Positions 48,250 to 56,769 of a stretch of DNA of 64,000 nucleotides are shown in pieces. Positions within the stretch are counted from its first letter, which is position 1. Every line of letters starts with the position of its first letter. The stretch lies in NCBI GenBank assembly GCA_965221955.1, contig CBDCTA010000022.1, positions 373,734-437,733 of the forward strand. The letters run 5' to 3'. The stretch is from Gammaproteobacteria bacterium (GTDB lineage Bacteria > Pseudomonadota > Gammaproteobacteria > UBA4575). The position numbers and the translations under genes were made by a program. Under the pieces are notes generated by a model. That model searched no databases, had not been told where the DNA came from, and saw nothing but the letters and a program-made list of their open reading frames with translations.

Positions 48250-48888
48250 TTAAAATCGAGGAGGATTCTTTTTCCAATAACTAATCAAAATAAATCCAAA
48301 TAGCATTCCACCTAAGTGCGCAAAATGTGCAATCCCTTCAGCGGTACCTGTTATTCCAAACCATAATTCAATTATTCCAAATAGAATTACAAACCATCTT
48401 GCTTGCATAGGGATAGGGGGAAAGATAAGTATGAGCCTTTCTTTGGGGAAAAACATTCCAAACGCTAGAAGCAAGCCAAACACTCCGCCCGATGCGCCTA
48501 CTGTTGGATAAATATTGCCGCTTTGTGATGAGACCAGCAATTGCATTAATCCTGCACCTATCACACAAACAAAATAATACACAGCAAAAACTTTTGAACC
48601 CCATAAATTTTCAATACGTGAACCAAACAACCATAAGGCATACATATTCAACAACAAATGCATTACTCCTCCATGTAAAAATGCATACGTTACCAATTGA
48701 GAAATTTCAAATCCTGGTCGGATTATTGGTGTACCAAGACCAGGAGATAGATTTAATGGCCAAAGTGCCAATTCGGAGATCATGACATTGCCCATATACA
48801 TTTGAAGCAAGAACATTACACAATTAACAATGAGTAATGATTTGACAACTAAGGGTACGGAAGAATATGGAGTGGTAAAACCTGCCAT
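48250..48888 (-). CDS. Rhomboid intramembrane serine protease
   Basis: FLHGGVMHLLLNM, GASGG and AHFAHLGG. Confidence 0.92.
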   Translation of the reverse strand: MAGFTTPYSSVPLVVKSLLIVNCVMFLLQMYMGNVMISELALWPLNLSPGLGTPIIRPGFEISQLVTYAFLHGGVMHLLLNMYALWLFGSRIENLWGSKVFAVYYFVCVIGAGLMQLLVSSQSGNIYPTVGASGGVFGLLLAFGMFFPKERLILIFPPIPMQARWFVILFGIIELWFGITGTAEGIAHFAHLGGMLFGFILISYWKKNPPRF

Positions 48889-49027
48889 GCTATACCTTAT
48901 TTTAAAGTATTATTTTTATTGAACGTTTCATTAATATTAGTATGTTATTGAAACTTTTGAGTTTTACCTAAGAATTTACCCATACACGCTCCAGTTTATA
49001 CAATATAAGGGTTTACTATAACGTATC

Positions 49028-49041
49028 TTGATACATATCAA
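49028..49041. promoter_or_regulatory. FNR box (perfect), bidirectional between the rhomboid operon and ftsH
   Basis: TTGATACATATCAA. Confidence 0.88.
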
Positions 49042-49115
49042 TTAACAAAACCGATTTTTGTAATAGTTTGGTTAAAAAATATATTTGTAATCACCGAGTT
49101 ATAATTTGACTATTT

Positions 49116-50993
49116 ATGGAGAATAAACACCAATTTTCAATTTGGTACTTTGTAATAGCATTCTTATTTATTGCTTACCTACAAAGCTTCTTCAATCCGC
49201 CTCGAATTGAAAATTTACCCTATAGTGAATTTAAAATATTACTTAAAGCAAAGAAATTAGAAAAATTACGACTTACTGAAACAGATATCTCGGGTACGAT
49301 TTTACTTAGAGATATCGATGAACATTTGCCTTATGAAAGAGTAGAAGCATTAAAGATTAATGGCGATGTAGAGCGCGCATTTTATACAGTTCGCCTTAAT
49401 GACCCTAAATTAATGGAAGATTTAGAGAGTTCTGGTGTTAGTTTCGCGGGCAAAAAAGAAAATCGTTGGCTAAGTAATGTGATTTCCTGGGTTATACCTA
49501 TCTTGTTATTTTTTGCGCTTTGGTCATATCTGTTTAGACGAATGGGGAGTCTAGGTGGCGGTATGATGGAGATCGGGAAAAGTAAAGTTAAAGTCTATGT
49601 AGAAAAAGATACAAAAGTTACCTTTGCAGATGTTGCTGGTGTTGAAGAAGCAAAGGAAGAGCTTCAAGAAATTGTTAATTTTTTAAATGATCCACAAGGC
49701 TACAGTAAACTCGGTGCAAGAATTCCTAAAGGTATCTTGCTAGTTGGGCCGCCAGGAACGGGTAAAACTTTACTTGCACGAGCCGTGGCTGGCGAGGCAG
49801 GGGTGCCTTTTTTTTCAATTAATGGTTCTGAATTTGTAGAAATGTTTGTTGGAGTAGGTGCTGCGCGAGTACGTGATTTATTTGAGCAAGCTCGACAGAA
49901 AGCACCGGCAATTATTTTCATCGACGAGCTCGATGCATTGGGTCGAGCACGAGGAATTAGTCCGGTAAGTGGTGGACATGATGAAAAAGAACAAACACTC
50001 AATCAATTGTTATCTGAAATGGATGGTTTTGATCCAAGTAAAGGTTTAGTTTTACTTTCGGCAACAAATCGACCAGAAATTTTAGACCCAGCATTACTAC
50101 GTGCTGGACGCTTCGATCGACAAGTGCTTGTAGATCGTCCAGATAAACTAGGCCGTGTACAAATATTAAAAGTACACATAAAGAAAATAAAGCTAGCAAA
50201 GGATATAAGTTTAGAAAGCATTGCTTCGCTAACACCAGGCTTCACAGGTGCGGATTTGGCAAACTTAGTTAATGAAGCAGCTTTGTTAGCTACACGACGC
50301 CATGGAGAAGAGGTCACTTTAGATGATTTTACACAAGCCATTGAACGTATTGTAGCTGGGCTTGAAAAAAAGAATCGTTTACTCAATCCAAAAGAACGAG
50401 AAGTAGTTGCCCATCATGAAATGGGACATGCTTTGGTTGCGATGTCATTACCAGGCGTAGATGTTGTACATAAAATTTCAATTATTCCGCGAGGGATAGG
50501 TGCACTCGGTTATACAATTCAACGTCCTACTGAAGATCGTTTTTTAATGACACGCGAAGAACTTGAAAACAAAATGGCGGTATTGTTAGGTGGGCGCGCT
50601 TCTGAGCAATTAATTTTTAATCATCTCTCTACGGGTGCTGCGGACGATCTAGCAAAAGCAACAGATATCGCACGTAGTATGGTTACACAATATGGCATGG
50701 ATGAAGAACTTGGCCAAGTTGTGTATCAAGAAGAAGCGCCATTATTTCTAGAGGGTGTACCAGGATACAACAAACGTGATTTCAGTGAAGAAACTGCACG
50801 TGAAATTGATTGTGCAGTGCGAACACTTGTGAATAATGCGTTTGAAAAGGCCACAGAAATTTTAATAAATAATCGAGACATACTTGAGCGTGGCGCAAAA
50901 ATGTTACTTGAAAAAGAAACATTAGCTGAAACAGAGTTGGCAACTCTCCAACAGCAAATTCCCTTAGCTGCTATAACTAAGTTACATACATAA
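49116..50993 (+). CDS. ftsH: ATP-dependent zinc metalloprotease FtsH (probably an accessory paralog)
   Basis: Two TM helices, [17 protein letters not shown] region [10 protein letters not shown] and HEMGH. Not in the usual rlmE-ftsH-folP context. Confidence 0.94.
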   Translation: MENKHQFSIWYFVIAFLFIAYLQSFFNPPRIENLPYSEFKILLKAKKLEKLRLTETDISGTILLRDIDEHLPYERVEALKINGDVERAFYTVRLNDPKLMEDLESSGVSFAGKKENRWLSNVISWVIPILLFFALWSYLFRRMGSLGGGMMEIGKSKVKVYVEKDTKVTFADVAGVEEAKEELQEIVNFLNDPQGYSKLGARIPKGILLVGPPGTGKTLLARAVAGEAGVPFFSINGSEFVEMFVGVGAARVRDLFEQARQKAPAIIFIDELDALGRARGISPVSGGHDEKEQTLNQLLSEMDGFDPSKGLVLLSATNRPEILDPALLRAGRFDRQVLVDRPDKLGRVQILKVHIKKIKLAKDISLESIASLTPGFTGADLANLVNEAALLATRRHGEEVTLDDFTQAIERIVAGLEKKNRLLNPKEREVVAHHEMGHALVAMSLPGVDVVHKISIIPRGIGALGYTIQRPTEDRFLMTREELENKMAVLLGGRASEQLIFNHLSTGAADDLAKATDIARSMVTQYGMDEELGQVVYQEEAPLFLEGVPGYNKRDFSEETAREIDCAVRTLVNNAFEKATEILINNRDILERGAKMLLEKETLAETELATLQQQIPLAAITKLHT

Positions 50994-51012
50994 GAAAAAA
51001 TTGGATGTAAAA

Positions 51013-51426
51013 ATGAGTGAAAAACCAGAACTATCAATTAACCCTGAGACTATTGGTTATATTGCAATGATGGCGCGTGAATTCCATGCCAAAGAACAAG
51101 TTTCTATTCCAGAAGAACCTTTAAGCGCAACTTCCGATTGGGCTATGCAAGTGCTTGCGGATCATATGGATGACCCAACCTATAATGAGCTGAAATCTAC
51201 GATTGAAGATTTAGAACCTGATCAACAAGTGCAATTAGTCGCACTCATGTGGTTAGGTCGTGGTACATTCTCAATTGATGAATGGGATGATGCTTTACAA
51301 GAAGCTGGTGATAGCTGGACTAAAAATACTGCAAATTACGTAATGGGTACGCCTTTGCTCTCGAATTATTTGGAAGAAGGTTTGTCTCTATTAGGCTACT
51401 CAACGGAAGATTACGAAGTTAGTTGA
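51013..51426 (+). CDS. DUF3775-family protein
   Basis: LVALMWLGRG...W...YVMGTPLLSNYLEEGL. ATG 51013 preferred over TTG 51001. Confidence 0.8.
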   Translation: MSEKPELSINPETIGYIAMMAREFHAKEQVSIPEEPLSATSDWAMQVLADHMDDPTYNELKSTIEDLEPDQQVQLVALMWLGRGTFSIDEWDDALQEAGDSWTKNTANYVMGTPLLSNYLEEGLSLLGYSTEDYEVS

Positions 51427-51436
51427 TATAGATCAA
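51423..51436. promoter_or_regulatory. FNR box (perfect) built into the DUF3775 stop codon
   Basis: TTGATATAGATCAA. The TGA at 51424-51426 is the stop codon. TATAGT -10 at 51458-51463. Confidence 0.85.
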
Positions 51437-51501
51437 CTCTTAACGGTAATACTTATATATAGTTTTATAATTCTACAAGCTTTGAGCTAAAGGGATTTGT
51501 A

Positions 51502-51600
51502 ATGGAGAAAATCGCTAAACATAAGTTAGTGCTGTTAGTTGTTGTAGCAATACTGGCATTAATAATTATCTTTTCGAGCCCGATACTTTCACAGATTTAG
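51502..51600 (+). CDS. 32-aa single-TM microprotein (not in the ORF track)
   Basis: MEKIAKHKLVLLVVVAILALIIIFSSPILSQI*. AAGGGA RBS and a dedicated FNR-box promoter. Confidence 0.7.
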   Translation: MEKIAKHKLVLLVVVAILALIIIFSSPILSQI

Positions 51601-51669
51601 ACGTAACTTAAAACGATTAGGCGTATTTTCAACGGACTGTTGAGCTTTTTGTCTGAAAATAATCCGTTT

Positions 51670-52059
51670 TTACTTGTCTGTGAAATCACGCTTCGCTTGA
51701 GAACCCCTTGAAGTAGCTTCATGACTTTTAATGTCTCCTCTGCGGACACGTGCATAATCTTCTAGTTGTCGACGTGCAGCATCAAATGCGTCACGTATTG
51801 CAACATAGGCATCTTCATGCGCATGGCTATTATGCTTATTTCGACTAACAACTATCTCTTTATCAGGCACTGTGATATCAATGCGCACGTCATAGAGGTT
51901 GCCTTGATGATGACGTTGGTGTTGAGCTTCAATCACAACGCGACAGTGTGAGATATGTGGGTAATAGTGTTCTAGTTTTTCCGCTTTTTCGCGAATTTTA
52001 GTTTCGACAAAATCCGAGTGCTCAAACCCTCTAAAGGTTATTTGTAAAGGTGATTGCAT
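51670..52059 (-). CDS. HPF/RaiA-family ribosome-associated protein
   Basis: LQITFRG...IREKAEKLE...CRVVIE...DAYVAIRDAFDAARRQL. Confidence 0.85.
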   Translation of the reverse strand: MQSPLQITFRGFEHSDFVETKIREKAEKLEHYYPHISHCRVVIEAQHQRHHQGNLYDVRIDITVPDKEIVVSRNKHNSHAHEDAYVAIRDAFDAARRQLEDYARVRRGDIKSHEATSRGSQAKRDFTDK

Positions 52060-52144
52060 ACAATTTCTCTACTTTTTTATTGAGTTGAGCTGTTATATAA
52101 ATGTTTCATTTTTAATAACTATAAACAGATATTTAATTCAAGCA

Positions 52145-52158
52145 TTGACCAATGTCAA
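52145..52158. promoter_or_regulatory. FNR-type box (symmetric TTGAC variant)
   Basis: TTGACCAATGTCAA between the divergent HPF-like and hydrolase genes. Confidence 0.7.
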
Positions 52159-52194
52159 AGGTGTGATGCTGAATATTGACTTAAATAAAAGACG

Positions 52195-53325
52195 ATGAAT
52201 TTTAATAGAAATGCAATTTTAGGTTATGGGCTGGTATTAATTGTTATTATCTCCTTGGTTTTATATGTTTACATTAGACAAAACGAAAGCATTCTATTTC
52301 TAGATGATTTAGCAGCAGGTCAGAAACCAAGTCGACTTAAAAGCCAAACTGCAGATCCAGCACAAATACACCTTGATTACGAAAGTGAAGGTCTTCAATA
52401 CCGAGCAGATTTATATATCCCTAGAACATCGCCATTAGCTAGTATCGTTTTGATACCAGGTGTAGCAGAGCAGGGTAAAAATGATCCAAGATTAATAGCC
52501 TTTGCTACCACACTTGCACGCAGTCATTTTATTGTTCTTGTTCCTGATATAACTAATCTGCGCGAGTTCAAAATTCGGGCTGAAGACAGCCGCGCTATTA
52601 TAGATGCTTTTAAGTTTTTAGCATCTCGGCCAGAATTCCCAACACAAAGACAGGCTGGTATAGGCGCCTTTAGTTACGCTGCCGGGCCCGCGGTATTAGC
52701 AGCACTTAACTCAGAAGTACGCGAAAAAATTGATTTTATATTAAGCGTTGGGGGTTATTATGATGTTGAACAAGTTATTACATTTTTTACTACAGGATAT
52801 TTTAAAAATGATAATGGATGGCAATATCAAAAACCAAATGAATACGGTAAATGGGTGTTTGTGCTGAGTAATATTGAACGCTTATCAAACCCAAAAGATA
52901 AAGAGATTTTCAATGAAATCGCACAGCGTAAAATGCATGATCCAGATGCAATAATCGATGATTTAACTGGTGATTTAACTGTTGAAGCAAACTCGATACT
53001 TAAACTTTTGAAAAATCAAGATCATAGTGAAGCGCAAAACCTTATTAAAAAAATTCCAAACACAATTCGCTCTGATCTTAATGCCCTAAATCTTTCTAAC
53101 AAAGATCTTGGGCAACTTCATGCTAAATTAATTTTATTGCATGGCATTGACGACGATATTATTCCTTACACCGAAAGCATTTCATTAGCCAGAGCTGTAA
53201 CAAAAGGTCAGGCCAATTTATTTATCGTTGATGGCTTAGCGCATGTAAATGTGCGCCCAAATTTATTGAATCAATGGAAATTATTTCGTGCGATTGATAC
53301 GTTACTGGCACTACGTGAAGAATAA
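52195..53325 (+). CDS. Membrane-anchored alpha/beta-hydrolase-fold protein
   Basis: N-terminal TM helix, elbow-like GAFSYAAG, LLHGIDDDIIP and GLAHV. Confidence 0.7.
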   Translation: MNFNRNAILGYGLVLIVIISLVLYVYIRQNESILFLDDLAAGQKPSRLKSQTADPAQIHLDYESEGLQYRADLYIPRTSPLASIVLIPGVAEQGKNDPRLIAFATTLARSHFIVLVPDITNLREFKIRAEDSRAIIDAFKFLASRPEFPTQRQAGIGAFSYAAGPAVLAALNSEVREKIDFILSVGGYYDVEQVITFFTTGYFKNDNGWQYQKPNEYGKWVFVLSNIERLSNPKDKEIFNEIAQRKMHDPDAIIDDLTGDLTVEANSILKLLKNQDHSEAQNLIKKIPNTIRSDLNALNLSNKDLGQLHAKLILLHGIDDDIIPYTESISLARAVTKGQANLFIVDGLAHVNVRPNLLNQWKLFRAIDTLLALREE

Positions 53326-53428
53326 CACTACTACTTTCTTATTGATTGATTGTTATTCATGAATGAGTGCTTTATAGCAAGCCGGTATAAACTTAAATTA
53401 AACCTTCTAATAAATATAGATGATTTGT

Positions 53429-53442
53429 TTGATATAGGTCAA
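53429..53442. promoter_or_regulatory. FNR box (1 mismatch) upstream of the FmdB-like gene
   Basis: TTGATATAGGTCAA. Confidence 0.75.
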
Positions 53443-53500
53443 CTTAGAGAAGTGCCAAGCAATAGTATAAATACATTGATATAAACAACTAAACAATGCG

Positions 53501-53665
53501 ATGCCTATTTACGATTTCAAATGTAACGATTGTGGCCATGAATTTGAAATGATCGAATCATTCAAAGAACATGATGAACACAAGGAAAAGTGTCCTAAGT
53601 GCAATAGCGCCAATATTGAAAGAGTATTCAGCGCAGTTAGCGTACAAACTTCAAAAAAGTCTTAG
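53501..53665 (+). CDS. FmdB-family zinc-ribbon protein, 54 aa (not in the ORF track)
   Basis: MPIYDFKCNDCGHEFE...CPKCNSANIERVFSAVSVQTSKKS*. Confidence 0.88.
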   Translation: MPIYDFKCNDCGHEFEMIESFKEHDEHKEKCPKCNSANIERVFSAVSVQTSKKS

Positions 53666-53666
53666 T

Positions 53667-54242
53667 CTAAGAAGCCAATAAGAAAATTAAAACTGCTGTG
53701 ACTAGTGCTATAAAAAGAGTGCGAAAACCTGACCATAACCAGTTGCTATTACTAATTTCCCCCAAAAAAACACCTAACAAGAATACGATTCCAAATGCTA
53801 TCAATATAGCGGTTTCTATTGCGCCGATAGGTAAAATAAATTCATGAGTAGCGATCCAGATTGGCGATAAAATTATTAGTGATATTACTAATGGTGAAAG
53901 ACTATTAACTGAAGCGGTAATCAAGGGCAAGTAGCGTGCTGCCTGGCCGTAAGCAGAACTTTCTAAATCTTTTAGCATTGCTTGTTCGAGCTCACCCAAT
54001 TGCTTTTTTTGCTCTGCGGACTCACTCATATATGCACTGGTTAAGCCACTCATTCCAAGAGCAATTGCTGCACCAAAACAAGCATTCATAACGATATTTA
54101 AGTTTGTCGAATCACTCAAGTAAAAACCTACAATAATGCCAAGCATTGTAAGTGCACCATCAAAACCATTAACAATGAAGTATCGCCTTAGAATGCCTTG
54201 CGAACGTGAAATTTTAAAAAAGAGTGATAACTGCTTAAACAT
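53667..54242 (-). CDS. VIT1/CCC1-like (TIGR00267-type) membrane protein
   Basis: RRYFIVNGFDGALTMLG, IALGMSGLTSAYMSESAE and ELEQAML. Confidence 0.8.
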   Translation of the reverse strand: MFKQLSLFFKISRSQGILRRYFIVNGFDGALTMLGIIVGFYLSDSTNLNIVMNACFGAAIALGMSGLTSAYMSESAEQKKQLGELEQAMLKDLESSAYGQAARYLPLITASVNSLSPLVISLIILSPIWIATHEFILPIGAIETAILIAFGIVFLLGVFLGEISNSNWLWSGFRTLFIALVTAVLIFLLAS

Positions 54243-54267
54243 GCTATCTGATTTAGAAAATGTCTAC

Positions 54268-54531
54268 CTAATTTTCAACATTTATGACTTGCACTTTGTC
54301 GATGCTGTGAACTGAACCTCCCAAGCTTGTAATTACTTTAGAGATGGTTTCATAATCTAAATCTTCTCCATCAATATCAATAATGACGGATTCGGTTTTT
54401 TCATCTACCTCATCAACCGTTAATTCTATTTTTGCTCCAGGACATTTTTCTGAAATTGCAGAAGTAAAATTTATACAATCTGGGTGGTGAGGTTTTAAGA
54501 CATCAAGAACTATACGTTTTATTGAAATCAT
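54268..54531 (-). CDS. DUF211-family protein
   Basis: IKRIVLDVLKPHHP...EVDEKTE...GGSVHSIDKV. Confidence 0.85.
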   Translation of the reverse strand: MISIKRIVLDVLKPHHPDCINFTSAISEKCPGAKIELTVDEVDEKTESVIIDIDGEDLDYETISKVITSLGGSVHSIDKVQVINVEN

Positions 54532-54617
54532 AATACTTTAATTTATTTATTTTCGAATTTTATTTAAACAGTAATGGGGTCGTTTTAGAATTTTTATCTA
54601 ACCATGTATTATTTTGT

Positions 54618-54839
54618 TTACCTTTTTATCTCATCATCTCGATAATGAAAATCTATCCAACACCTTGGTAAACTTTCTCCAGATAAGAAAGTTAAATCTT
54701 TTTTTCTAAATTTTTCTGGTTCTTGAACTTCCTCTCCCCAGTGAGATCGACCCTCAACATCAGCTTTAAAAGGATCAAATAAATCAGAAATATTTAATAT
54801 TTCTACTAAATGATGATTCTCTGAATTTTTAAGAAACAT
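54618..54839 (-). CDS. Conserved-looking 73-aa protein of unknown function
   Basis: MFLK...LVEI...LFDPF...GEEVQEPEKF.K..L.FLSGESLPRCW.D.HYR. Follows trxC on the same strand. Confidence 0.75.
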   Translation of the reverse strand: MFLKNSENHHLVEILNISDLFDPFKADVEGRSHWGEEVQEPEKFRKKDLTFLSGESLPRCWIDFHYRDDEIKR

Positions 54840-54853
54840 ATTAAATATACAGC

Positions 54854-55290
54854 TTATAAATTTGCTTCAACAAACTTTACAAGATTTTGTTGATCCAGTG
54901 CTCCCGATTGCCGTGCAACTTCTTTACCATTCTTGAATACTATAATTGTAGGAATGCTACGAATTCCATAATGTGCTGCAATATCTTGAGAAAACTCGGT
55001 GTTTAGTTTTGCCAGCCGTGCATGCGGTTCAATGACAGTGCATGTCTGTTCAAATATTGGCGCCATCATTTTGCACGGCCCGCACCAGGAAGCCCAAAAG
55101 TCCACAACTACAGGCACATCGGTTTTGTTAATAACTTTTGAGAAGTTTTTACTGGTTAACTCTAACGGCTTACCATTAAACAAATATTGATGACACTTGC
55201 CACATTTGGGGTGTTGAGCAGTTTATTGTGTAGTAGACGATTTGTTACTTCACAATGTGGGCAAGTAATATTGATTAAATTTGACGCCAT
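54854..55290 (-). CDS. trxC: Thioredoxin 2 (zinc-finger thioredoxin), split by a 1-nt frameshift near 55220
   Basis: One frame from ATG 55290 reads [19 protein letters not shown]. The other frame reads [17 protein letters not shown]...[11 protein letters not shown]. Confidence 0.85.
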
Positions 55291-55330
55291 TTGAATAAAT
55301 AAGGAGGCATGAATAGTAACTTCAAGTTTG

Positions 55331-55768
55331 CTATGGGGCTTGTAAGGTATCTAAAAATATAAGTAACTCAAATATACGTCCACGTACAAAAGTTTGTGCA
55401 TTATCAGAACCAAACTCGGATATGCTCTCAGAACGATAGCGATTTCCCCAGATTGGCATACTGCTGCTGCCATGGAATGTGAAATCATCGCGGCCGTCAA
55501 TCATTCGGTAAATGCTTGGTATGGGTATGGTTCCATTATTATTTCTAGCTAAAACAGTTAAATCGGCTGGTTTAGTAAGTAGTCTCGAAGCGTAAAGACC
55601 ATCACCTTTTCCTTTAACGCCATGACAAATTTCACAAGAACGCTGATATTCGATTTTTCCTGCTTCAGCAGTATTATTAACCACATCAGCAAATACTGGT
55701 CCGCATACTGTATAGATCAATAATAATCGGACTGAATGTTTTAGAAATTGCTTGTTAAATTGAAACAT
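55331..55768 (-). CDS. Periplasmic monoheme cytochrome c (paralog 6 of 6)
   Basis: Signal peptide, CEICH, PADLTVL, GTIP, IDGR, HGSSSMPIWG and RGRIFEL. Confidence 0.88.
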   Translation of the reverse strand: MFQFNKQFLKHSVRLLLIYTVCGPVFADVVNNTAEAGKIEYQRSCEICHGVKGKGDGLYASRLLTKPADLTVLARNNNGTIPIPSIYRMIDGRDDFTFHGSSSMPIWGNRYRSESISEFGSDNAQTFVRGRIFELLIFLDTLQAP

Positions 55769-55836
55769 AAACTACTCTCAGACCATCTACTCAGGATTAA
55801 TGTTAATTAGACTAATTCTTCTATAGTTACTAGGTA

Positions 55837-55850
55837 TTGATCTAGCACAA
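55837..55850. promoter_or_regulatory. FNR box (2 mismatches) upstream of cytochrome 6
   Basis: TTGATCTAGCACAA. Confidence 0.55.
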
Positions 55851-55864
55851 TAAAGACCCATAAC

Positions 55865-56761
55865 TTAGCGACAAATAAAATATCCAGGATAATGTGAAGT
55901 ACAGGACATCACGTGGGTAATGGCATTGGTGTCATATTCATCACCTGAGCGATAAGTCTCAAAATAATCATTTAGTTTTTGTACACGAGCAGGCATTGAA
56001 CCAATTGCTTGTAGACCTAATGATACTCCGTAGTTCGTAAATGCAAATTTAGTCTCAGGAAGATAAGGTTCTCGACAAAAATATCCTTCTTCTTGCCACA
56101 TATGATCTAGCATTGAAAGACAGCGCTTTTTTTGTGTAACTGCCCATTCTTCGTTTGGAAAAAAATGTGTCAACCACAACATCATGCCTAAACCAAGGTC
56201 TTGTGTTATCGTGAGATCCAAAGCAGTTTGGTCGATTAATTTTTTCATATCTCCTATTTGATGTAAGAGAGAAGCTTCATTCAGCATTCGATAGGAGACA
56301 TAGCCATCAAACGCATCCAGCGCTCCTAAACCATAACCCGGATAAGGTGCATCAAGGGTCTCATTCATTTTCCAAATCACACCCTTGCCTGGAATTACAA
56401 ATCGGTCATGTACTTGTGTTACAAGTTCAACACCTTTGTCGCGATAAGATGGGATAAATTTTCCAAGTACTGATAGCGCATACATCCACATGGCAAGATA
56501 GTGAAAATATTGTCCGTCTCGATCGAATGCTTCACCAATCCGAATTCCGCGCGGTCTTCCTAATACACGTTCTACTTCTGCAACGAGTTGTTCAGCTTGA
56601 TCAAGATAATGATCACCACTTAACTCTTCATACAGAGATACGAGCAATACCAAGCCAAATGCATCTGTCCATAAATAGCGTAATCCATTTGGCCAAATGG
56701 ATTGCTCACGCATCCACGCAAGCTTATCGAGGACATACTCGATATCTTTTTGCGCAGACAT
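55865..56761 (-). CDS. Conserved hypothetical protein (possible alpha/alpha-toroid fold)
   Basis: RYLWTDAFG, GIRIG and DRDGQYFHYLAMWMYAL motifs. Lies 8 nt downstream of the Pcm fusion gene. Confidence 0.7.
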   Translation of the reverse strand: MSAQKDIEYVLDKLAWMREQSIWPNGLRYLWTDAFGLVLLVSLYEELSGDHYLDQAEQLVAEVERVLGRPRGIRIGEAFDRDGQYFHYLAMWMYALSVLGKFIPSYRDKGVELVTQVHDRFVIPGKGVIWKMNETLDAPYPGYGLGALDAFDGYVSYRMLNEASLLHQIGDMKKLIDQTALDLTITQDLGLGMMLWLTHFFPNEEWAVTQKKRCLSMLDHMWQEEGYFCREPYLPETKFAFTNYGVSLGLQAIGSMPARVQKLNDYFETYRSGDEYDTNAITHVMSCTSHYPGYFICR

Positions 56762-56769
56762 AATAATGA

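Noticed and set aside
55210-55230. Programmed ribosomal frameshift in trxC
   Set aside because: No slippery heptamer or stimulatory structure is visible, and other indel errors occur in the window.
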